From the UHGV virus genome UHGV-0200016: a stretch of 12,900 bases of DNA. The stretch is one strand, 5' to 3'. The DNA is from a virus. Positions 7,048-12,900 of the stretch are shown here, one piece after another (the first letter of the stretch is position 1; the number at the start of each line of letters is the position of its first letter). Under the pieces are notes generated by a model. It saw nothing but the letters and a program-made list of their open reading frames with translations. It searched no databases and was not told the DNA's origin. The translations under genes and the position numbers were made by a program.

Positions 7048-8082
7048 TTAGGTATCGCAAGTATCTAGTGAGTAGTTTTTAAAGCGGATGACCTCCTGAC
7101 CGAGCCAGCCGTTTATCTCGCGGATCCTGTCCTGTAACGGGATAAGCTCATTGCGGACAAAGACCTTTGCCACTTTCTCAATATCGCCCAGTGACCCGAC
7201 GTTCTCCGGCTTGCCGCCCATCAACTGAAAGGGGATGCGGTGCGCGTCCAGTAGGTCAGCGGCGCTGGCTTTTTTGATATTAAAAAAATCGTCCTTCGTT
7301 GCGACTTCACTGAGCGGGATAATTTTAATGCCGTCGGCTTTCCCCTGTGGGGCATAGAGAAACAGATTTTTAAAGTTGTTGCGGCCTTTCGACTTCACCA
7401 TGTTTTCGCGGAGCATTTCGATATCGTTGCGATCCTGCACGGCATCAGTGACGTACATGATGTATCCGGCATGTGCGCCGTTTTCGTAATACTTGCGGCG
7501 GAACAGCGTGGCCGACTCATTCAGCCAGGCAGAGTTAAGGGCGCTGAGATATTCCGGCAGGCCGTACAACTCCTGATTAATATCCGGCTCCAGCAGGTGA
7601 AACACGGAGCCGGGCGCGAAGGCTGTCGGTTCGTTGAAGGACGGCACCCACCAGTAAACATCCTCTTCCACCCCACGGCGGGTATATTTTGCCGGTGAGG
7701 TTTCCAGTCTGATGACCTTACCGGTGGTGCTGTAACGCTTTTCCAGAAACGCATTACCAAACACCAGAAAATCCAGCACAAAGCGGCTGAAATCCTGTTG
7801 TGAAAGCCACGGATGCGGGATAAATGTCGAGGCCAGAATATTACGTTTGACGTAAATCGGTGAGCTGTGATGTACGGCAGCACGCAGGCTTTTTGCCAGA
7901 CCGGTAAAGCTGACCGGTGGCTCATACCATCTGCCGTTACTGATGCACTCGACGTAATCCAGAATGTCACGGCGGTCGAGTACCGGCACCGGCTCACCAA
8001 AGGTGAATGCCTCCATTTTCGGGGCGCTGGCGGTCATTGTTTTTGCCGCAGGTTGCGGTGTTTTCCCTTTTTTCTTGCTCAT
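7048..8082 (-). CDS. Q: P2 portal (capsid portal) protein Q, 344 aa
   Basis: ORF track 344 aa: MSKKKGKTPQPAAKTMTASAPKMEAFTFGEPVPVLDRRDILDYVECISNGRWYEPP... It matches my recollection of P2 gpQ in sequence and length, and its start overlaps the stop of the upstream P fragment (TGATG). Confidence 0.9.
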   Translation of the reverse strand: MSKKKGKTPQPAAKTMTASAPKMEAFTFGEPVPVLDRRDILDYVECISNGRWYEPPVSFTGLAKSLRAAVHHSSPIYVKRNILASTFIPHPWLSQQDFSRFVLDFLVFGNAFLEKRYSTTGKVIRLETSPAKYTRRGVEEDVYWWVPSFNEPTAFAPGSVFHLLEPDINQELYGLPEYLSALNSAWLNESATLFRRKYYENGAHAGYIMYVTDAVQDRNDIEMLRENMVKSKGRNNFKNLFLYAPQGKADGIKIIPLSEVATKDDFFNIKKASAADLLDAHRIPFQLMGGKPENVGSLGDIEKVAKVFVRNELIPLQDRIREINGWLGQEVIRFKNYSLDTCDT

Positions 8083-8360
8083 CAGTAAAACTCCAGAATG
8101 GTGGATGTCAGCGGGGTGCTGATACCGGCGGTGAGTGGCTCATTTAACAGGGCGTGCATGGTCGCCCAGGCGAGGTCGGCGTGGCTGGCTTCCTCGCTGC
8201 GGCTGGCCTCATAGGTGGCGCTGCGTCCGCTGCTGGTCATGGTCTTGCGGATAGCCATAAACGAGCTGGTGATGTCGGTGGCGCTGACGTCGTATTCCAG
8301 ACAGCCACGGCGGATAACGTCTTTTGCCTTGAGCACCATTGCGGTTTTCATTTCCGGCGT
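8082..8360 (-). pseudogene. P: 3' fragment of terminase ATPase gene P (about 90 C-terminal codons); the 5' part is deleted
   Basis: A minus-strand open frame ends at 8082 (...LTAGISTPLTSTILEFY) with its stop overlapping the Q start, as for P2 P-Q. P is about 590 aa in P2, so only the 3' end is present. Assignment rests on synteny and coupling, not on confirmed homology. The upper boundary is approximate. Confidence 0.5.
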
Positions 8361-9245
8361 GTACCCGCACCGGATGTGGTCGAGGAGCTGGACTTTGAAA
8401 CCATTCTTGCCGAACGCAAGGCGACACTGATTTCCCTTTACCCGGAAGACCAGCAGGAGGCGGTCGCCCGTACCCTGACGCTGGAATCTGAGCCTCTCGT
8501 CAAACTGCTGGAGGAAAATGCTTATCGTGAGCTTATCTGGCGTCAGCGTGTGAATGAGGCCGCACGGGCGGTGATGCTGGCCTGTGCTGCCGGTAATGAC
8601 CTTGATGTGATTGGTGCCAATTACAACACCACGCGCCTGATTATCACCCCGGCAGATGATTCGACTATCCCGCCGACACCGGCAGTGATGGAGTCTGACA
8701 CCGATTACCGGCTGCGTATTCAGCAGGCGTTTGAAGGTTTAAGCGTCGCCGGGTCGGTGGGTGCCTATCAGTATCATGGCCGCAGTGCCGACGGGCGTGT
8801 CGCGGATATCTCTGTCACCAGTCCGTCTCCGGCCTGTGTCACCATCTCTGTGCTGTCACGTGAAAATAACGGTGTCGCTTCCGAAGACCTGCTGGCGGTG
8901 GTGCGTAACGCCCTTAATGGCGAGGACGTCAGGCCGGTGGCCGACCGCGTGACCGTGCAGTCTGCCGCCATCGTTGAATACCAGATAAACGCCACGCTGT
9001 ATCTTTACCCTGGTCCCGAAAGCGAACCCATTCGCGCTGCCGCCGTGAAAAAACTGGAAGCGTATATCACGGCACAGCACCGGCTGGGGCGCGACATCCG
9101 TCTGTCTGCCATTTATGCCGCTTTGCATGTGGAAGGCGTACAGCGTGTCGAACTGGCTGCACCGCTGGCCGACATCGTGCTCAACAATACGCAGGCGTCT
9201 TTCTGTACCGAATACCACGTCGTGACCGGAGGCTCGGATGAGTGA
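8361..9245 (+). CDS. J: Baseplate assembly protein J, apparently missing its first roughly 10 codons and its native start and promoter
   Basis: ORF track 8154..9245. From VPAPDVVEELDFETILAERKATLISLYPEDQQEAV... onward it matches P2 gpJ as I recall it. The 70 codons upstream in frame (MHGRPGEVGVAG...) are antisense to the P fragment and are not J-like. Confidence 0.75.
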   Translation, partial: VPAPDVVEELDFETILAERKATLISLYPEDQQEAVARTLTLESEPLVKLLEENAYRELIWRQRVNEAARAVMLACAAGNDLDVIGANYNTTRLIITPADDSTIPPTPAVMESDTDYRLRIQQAFEGLSVAGSVGAYQYHGRSADGRVADISVTSPSPACVTISVLSRENNGVASEDLLAVVRNALNGEDVRPVADRVTVQSAAIVEYQINATLYLYPGPESEPIRAAAVKKLEAYITAQHRLGRDIRLSAIYAALHVEGVQRVELAAPLADIVLNNTQASFCTEYHVVTGGSDE

Positions 9246-9849
9246 TTCGCGACTGCTGCCGACCGGCTCATCACCGCTTGAGGTCGCCGCCGCAAAAGCC
9301 TGTGCGGAAATTGAAAAAACGCCGGTCAGTATTCGTGAGTTGTGGAACCCGGACACCTGCCCGGCAAATCTGCTGCCGTGGCTGGCGTGGTCATTTTCGG
9401 TTGACCGCTGGGATGATAAGTGGCCGGAAGCGACAAAACGCGCTGTTATCCGCGATGCGTATTTCATTCACTGCCATAAGGGCACTATTGGTGCGATTCG
9501 CCGTGTGGTGGAGCCACTCGGCTATCTGATTGAGGTGAGGGAGTGGTGGCAGCTCAACGAGGAGCCGGGGACGTTCCGTATCGTTGTCGGCGTGCTTGAG
9601 CAGGGTATTACCGAGGAAATGTATCAGGAGCTGGAGCGCCTCGTTGCTGATGCAAAACCGGCAAGCCGCCATCTGACGGGACTGGCTATCAGTTTAAGTA
9701 CAACCGGCAACATTTTTGCCGGTGCGGGATGCTATCACGGCGACGCCCTGACGGTTTATCCCTACACCCCGGAGGCCATTATTGTCGGAGGGGATTATTT
9801 CCCGGCCTCGGCCATTCATTTAATTGATAACCTGAGAGTAAACGCATGA
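9238..9849 (+). CDS. I: Baseplate protein I (P2 gpI-like), 203 aa
   Basis: ORF track 203 aa: MSDSRLLPTGSSPLEVAAAKACAEIEKTPVSIRELWNPDTCPANLLPWLAWSF... The ATG overlaps the J stop (ATGA) and the stop overlaps the next gene's start, giving the J-I-H order of P2. Confidence 0.85.
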   Translation: MSDSRLLPTGSSPLEVAAAKACAEIEKTPVSIRELWNPDTCPANLLPWLAWSFSVDRWDDKWPEATKRAVIRDAYFIHCHKGTIGAIRRVVEPLGYLIEVREWWQLNEEPGTFRIVVGVLEQGITEEMYQELERLVADAKPASRHLTGLAISLSTTGNIFAGAGCYHGDALTVYPYTPEAIIVGGDYFPASAIHLIDNLRVNA

Positions 9850-11153
9850 CAGTGAAATACTACGCCATTCTGACTAATCAGGGCGCAGCACGGCTGGCTA
9901 ACGCGACGATGCTCGGCAGTAAGCTGAATCTGACGCAAATGGCCGTTGGTGATGCGAATGGTGTATTACCGACACCAGACCCGGCACAGACAAAACTGAT
10001 TAACCAGAAACGCATTGCACCGCTGAATATTCTGAGCGTTGACCCTAACAATCAGAGCCAGATTATTGCGGAGCAAATTATCCCTGAAAACGAGGGAGGA
10101 TTCTGGATCCGTGAGATTGGGCTTTATGATGATGAAGGCGTACTCATTGCGGTGGCGAACTGCCCGGAAACGTACAAACCGCAGTTGCAGGAAGGCAGTG
10201 GTCGTACCCAGACTATCCGCATGATTCTGGTTGTCACGAATACCGAAGCTATTACGCTGAAAATCGACCCGTCGGTGGTACTGGCGACCCGTAAATACGT
10301 GGATGATGAAGTCCTGGAATTAAGGCTGTATGTGGATGAACAGATGAGAAACCACATTGCCGCACAGGATCCTCATACCCAGTATGCACAGAAACATAAT
10401 CCGACATTTACCGGAGAACCAAAAGCGCCGACGCCTGCCGCAGGAAATAACACCACGCGGATTGCGACCACTGCGTTTGTACAGGCTGCTATTACCGCTC
10501 TGATTAACGGCGCGCCAGCCACGCTGGACACACTGAAAGAAATTGCCGCGGCCATTAACAATGACCCGAAATTCAGCACCACCATTAACAATGCGCTGTC
10601 AGGTAAGCAGCCACTGGATGAGACGCTGACTCATTTGAGTGGAAAGGATGTTGGAGCCTACACCGGCGTAACGGCAAAGTGGTTACACACCAAAGACCCG
10701 AAGCCGCAAAAGCAGAAGGTAAAACTGAAACGCAAAAAGAAAGAGAAACACCTGCGCGCACTGGAGCACCCGAAAGCGAAACCGGTCAGGCAGAAGAAAG
10801 CGCCAAAAGTACCGGAAGCGCGCGAAGGTGAATACATGGCCGGTGAGGCTGACAACGTTTTTGCCCTGACCACGGTATATGCCACGAAAGCACAGGCCAT
10901 GCGTGCTGCTCAGGCGAAGTGGGATAAACTGCAACGGGGCGTTGCGGAGTTCTCCATCATCCTGGCTACCGGTCGTGCAGATATTTACACGGAAACACCG
11001 GTCAGAGTGTCAGGCTTTAAGCGCGTCATAGACGAGCAGGACTGGACAATCACTAAGGTGACACATTTTCTGAATAATAGCGGCTTCACGACGTCCTTGG
11101 AGCTTGAGGTCAGGCTTTCTGATGTGGAGTACGAAACAGAAGATGATGAGTGA
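9846..11153 (+). CDS. Chimeric ORF: tail-fibre H-like N-terminal domain (about 270 aa) fused to the C-terminal part of tail protein D; deletion product
   Basis: ORF track 435 aa. The N-terminus (MTVKYYAILTNQGAARLA...GGFWIREIGLYDDEGVLIAVANCPETYKPQLQEGSGRTQT...) has the P2 gpH-type tail-fibre N-terminal signature. The C-terminus (...PVRVSGFKRVIDEQDWTITKVTHFLNNSGFTTSLELEVRLSDVEYETEDDE) is the gpD end that immediately precedes ogr in P2. A Lys-rich linker lies between. G, Z/fun, FI, FII, E, T, U and most of D are absent. Confidence 0.65.
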   Translation: MTVKYYAILTNQGAARLANATMLGSKLNLTQMAVGDANGVLPTPDPAQTKLINQKRIAPLNILSVDPNNQSQIIAEQIIPENEGGFWIREIGLYDDEGVLIAVANCPETYKPQLQEGSGRTQTIRMILVVTNTEAITLKIDPSVVLATRKYVDDEVLELRLYVDEQMRNHIAAQDPHTQYAQKHNPTFTGEPKAPTPAAGNNTTRIATTAFVQAAITALINGAPATLDTLKEIAAAINNDPKFSTTINNALSGKQPLDETLTHLSGKDVGAYTGVTAKWLHTKDPKPQKQKVKLKRKKKEKHLRALEHPKAKPVRQKKAPKVPEAREGEYMAGEADNVFALTTVYATKAQAMRAAQAKWDKLQRGVAEFSIILATGRADIYTETPVRVSGFKRVIDEQDWTITKVTHFLNNSGFTTSLELEVRLSDVEYETEDDE

Positions 11154-11234
11154 TGTTTTGTTTTTATCTGTTTGTTTTATAAGGATAAATTAACTAAAAT
11201 GGCACCATTAACAAAACCGGAAGAGGTGCTCGCG

Positions 11235-11453
11235 ATGTTTCATTGTCCTTTATGCCAGCATGCCGCACATGCGCGTACAAGCCGCTATATCACTGACACG
11301 ACAAAAGAGCGTTATCACCAGTGCCAGAACGTGAATTGCAGCGCCACGTTCATCACTTATGAGTCGGTACAGCGATACATCGTGAAGCCGGGAGAAGTCC
11401 ACGCCGTGAGGCCGCACCCGTTGCCGTCAGGGCAGCAAATTATGTGGATGTAA
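11235..11453 (+). CDS. ogr: P2 late-gene transcriptional activator Ogr (zinc-finger), 72 aa
   Basis: MFHCPLCQHAAHARTSRYITDTTKERYHQCQNVNCSATFITYESVQRYIVKPGEVHAVRPHPLPSGQQIMWM with the C-x2-C...C-x4-C zinc finger. The ORF track begins 21 codons upstream (11172), but the canonical start is the ATG at 11235. Confidence 0.9.
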   Translation: MFHCPLCQHAAHARTSRYITDTTKERYHQCQNVNCSATFITYESVQRYIVKPGEVHAVRPHPLPSGQQIMWM

Positions 11454-11464
11454 TTACAAACAGA

Positions 11465-11490
11465 AAGCCCCTCAGTCGAGGGGCTTTTTT
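11465..11490 (+). terminator. Rho-independent terminator of ogr
   Basis: aagcccctc-agtc-gaggggctt followed by tttt, 12 bp after the ogr stop. Confidence 0.7.
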
Positions 11491-11495
11491 GTCGA

Positions 11496-11514
11496 TGTGG
11501 TCAATGTGTGGACG
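11496..11514. promoter_or_regulatory. Direct repeats TGTGGTCA / TGTGGACG; probable Int arm-type binding sites (P' arm)
   Basis: tgtggtca at 11496-11503 and tgtggacg at 11507-11514, 11 bp apart, mirroring the pair at 1385-1404 on the int-proximal arm. Confidence 0.45.
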
Positions 11515-11554
11515 TGACCAGAAATAAATCCTTTTATTTCAATTTGTTGTACGT

Positions 11555-11581
11555 AAAAAATAAGCCCGTGTAAGGGAGATT
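11555..11581. other. attR core (P2 att core, 27 bp)
   Basis: Exact copy of AAAAAATAAGCCCGTGTAAGGGAGATT, followed by AT-rich non-phage DNA leading into the convergent host gene. Confidence 0.75.
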
Positions 11582-11725
11582 ACACAGGCTAAGGAGGTGG
11601 TTCCTGGTACAGCTAGCATTTTATGGGTTATGTTTTTCAGCGAAACGGATGATAACCTTAATAAATGCAGCTGTATGTGATCGGTTTCTAAGAATTTTCC
11701 ATCCGGGAAAAATAATCGAAATTAA

Positions 11726-12900
11726 TCACTTACCGTGTGGGTTACGCGTGGTTTCCCCGGAGAAATTACGCATCAGCAGAGCGTAATTGAGCTCAAGATC
11801 CTGCGGGACCGGGAGCCACACAGTATAACCATCGCCTGGTGCGACCGGCATCGCTTCACCTTTGGCGTTTTCCATGTGCTCAAGGGTAAAGTTAATGTTG
11901 CCTTGCGGCGTCATCAGCTCAAGGCTGTCGCCAACGGAGAATTTATTTTTCACCGCTACCGCCGCGAGGTCCCCCTTGCGCTCACCGGTAAACTCACCAA
12001 CAAACTGCTGGCGGTCAGAAACTGAATAACCGTATTCGTAGTTCTGATAATCGTCGTGAGTATGACGACGCAGGAAACCTTCGGTATAGCCACGATGCGC
12101 CAGACCTTCCAGAGTTTCCAGCAGGCTGGTATCGAACGGTTTGCCCGCAGCGGCGTCATCGATAGCTTTACGGTAAACCTGTGCGGTGCGTGCGCAATAG
12201 TAGAAAGATTTAGTACGGCCTTCGATTTTCAGCGAATGCACGCCCATTTTGGTCAGGCGTTCTACATGGGCGATGGCGCGCAGATCTTTCGAGTTCATGA
12301 TGTAAGTGCCGTGCTCATCTTCAAACGCGGTCATATACTCGCCCGGACGCTGGGCTTCTTCGATCATAAACACTTTGTCGGTTGGCGCGCCGATACCCAG
12401 CGTCGGCTCAACATTTTGCACCGGAATCGGCTCGTACTTGTGTACGATGTTGCCAACGTCATCTTCTTTCCCTTCCTGGACGTTGTACTCCCAGCGGCAG
12501 GCGTTGGTGCAGGTACCCTGGTTCGGATCGCGCTTGTTGATATAGCCAGAGAGCAGGCAGCGACCGGAGTAGGCCATGCACAGTGCGCCGTGAACGAAGA
12601 TCTCGATCTCCATATCCGGCACCTGATTGCGGATCTCTTCAATCTCTTCCAGCGACAGCTCGCGAGAGAGGATCACGCGGGTCAGGCCCATTTGCTGCCA
12701 GAATTTCACCGTCGCCCAGTTTACGGCGTTAGCCTGCACCGAGAGGTGGATCGGCATTTCAGGGAAGTGCTCACGCACCAGCATAATCAGCCCTGGATCG
12801 GACATAATCAGCGCATCCGGCCCCATTTCCACCACCGGTTTCAGGTCACGGATAAAGGTTTTCAGCTTGGCGTTGTGCGGTGCAATGTTGACCACGACAT
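11726..12900 (-). CDS. yegQ: U32-family peptidase-like protein (YegQ/TrhP-like), 5'-partial (N-terminus beyond window end)
   Basis: ORF track 389 aa: ...EIFVHGALCMAYSGRCLLSGYINKRDPNQGTCTNACRW... contains the U32 peptidase signature (E-x-F-x2-G-[SA]-[LIVM]-C-x4-G-x-C-x-[LIVM]-S). It is convergent with ogr, as yegQ is with ogrK in E. coli K-12. Gene symbol is from recollection and synteny. Confidence 0.8.
   Translation of the reverse strand, partial: VVVNIAPHNAKLKTFIRDLKPVVEMGPDALIMSDPGLIMLVREHFPEMPIHLSVQANAVNWATVKFWQQMGLTRVILSRELSLEEIEEIRNQVPDMEIEIFVHGALCMAYSGRCLLSGYINKRDPNQGTCTNACRWEYNVQEGKEDDVGNIVHKYEPIPVQNVEPTLGIGAPTDKVFMIEEAQRPGEYMTAFEDEHGTYIMNSKDLRAIAHVERLTKMGVHSLKIEGRTKSFYYCARTAQVYRKAIDDAAAGKPFDTSLLETLEGLAHRGYTEGFLRRHTHDDYQNYEYGYSVSDRQQFVGEFTGERKGDLAAVAVKNKFSVGDSLELMTPQGNINFTLEHMENAKGEAMPVAPGDGYTVWLPVPQDLELNYALLMRNFSGETTRNPHGK

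Larger units (their letters stand above)
1270..11581. mobile_element. Defective P2-like prophage remnant bounded by identical 27-bp att cores (about 10.3 kb against about 33.6 kb for P2)
   Basis: Core AAAAAATAAGCCCGTGTAAGGGAGATT occurs at 1270-1296 and 11555-11581. Between them lie int, C, cox', cos, Q, P', 'J, I, H'-'D and ogr in P2 prophage order, but with large internal deletions. Confidence 0.85.

Noticed and set aside
7471-8088. ORFs 7471..7698 (+), 7521..8000 (-) and 7867..8088 (+) overlapping Q
   Set aside because: Alternative frames or antisense of the portal gene, whose own frame has strong protein-level support; Cys/Arg/Trp-rich translations typical of GC-rich off-frames.
8154-8360. 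N-terminal 70-codon extension of the J ORF (MHGRPGEVGVAG...)
   Set aside because: It is the antisense of the P 3' fragment and happens to be open in the J frame; it has no similarity to J and no RBS. The real J sequence starts around 8361 and is 5'-truncated.
8209-9672. Overlapping ORFs within the J/I region (8209..8427-, 8215..8430+, 8761..8952+, 8774..8995-, 8856..9467- at 203 aa, 9113..9295-, 9242..9529+, 9391..9672-)
   Set aside because: All are alternative frames or antisense of J and I, which are supported by family-level recognition and translational coupling. The 203-aa minus ORF is long only because of GC-rich codon bias.
10039-10934. ORFs 10039..10224 (+), 10124..10357 (-), 10373..10591 (-), 10658..10900 (-) and 10683..10934 (-)
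   Set aside because: Embedded in or antisense to the H'-'D chimeric ORF, with low-complexity translations; artefacts.
11172-11234. Upstream in-frame extension of ogr (MFYKDKLTKMAPLTKPEEVLA)
   Set aside because: Canonical Ogr is 72 aa starting at MFHCPLCQ (ATG 11235), which has a plausible SD (gagg) 8 nt upstream; the extension is probably untranslated leader.
11735-12642. ORFs 11735..12025 (+), 11956..12159 (-), 12306..12545 (+) and 12364..12642 (-)
   Set aside because: All are inside the U32 peptidase gene in other frames or antisense; no support.
1-12900. CRISPR arrays, tRNA/rRNA genes, reverse transcriptase/retron, P-loop NTPase motifs in the cargo ORF
   Set aside because: I looked for regularly spaced direct repeats, cloverleaf-like tRNA near the att cores, YxDD motifs and GxxxxGK[ST] motifs and found none. 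P2 att here is not within a recognisable tRNA gene.

Overview
This window is a heavily deleted, IS3-flanked P2-like prophage remnant (about 10.3 kb between two identical 27-bp att cores) sitting next to a U32-peptidase gene that I take to be yegQ/trhP, the locus where E. coli K-12 keeps its ogrK/yegZ P2 remnant. All identifications are by recall of protein families, synteny and motifs read off the sequence; no database search was run. Left to right: a partial IS3 (insE/insF, minus strand), the attL core, P2 integrase, the C immunity repressor, the Pe/Pc switch, a cox N-terminus fused to an unrelated reading frame, about 1.1 kb of AT-rich DNA with no long ORF, an island of P2 right-end sequence carrying the 19-nt cos site, a 2.3-kb AT-rich gene for a roughly 753-755 aa protein, portal gene Q, a 3' fragment of terminase gene P abutting a 5'-truncated baseplate gene J, baseplate gene I, a tail-fibre H N-terminus fused to the tail gene D C-terminus, ogr, the attR core and yegQ. 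The remnant lacks capsid, lysis, replication and most tail genes. The most interesting object is the AT-rich gene between cos and Q, in the position where P2 itself carries the exclusion genes old and tin. Its N-terminus shows a restriction-endonuclease-like (Mrr-type) signature and it has its own ribosome-binding site and terminator. I could not place it in any named defence family, so I flag it as a candidate, possibly undescribed, single-gene anti-phage system.
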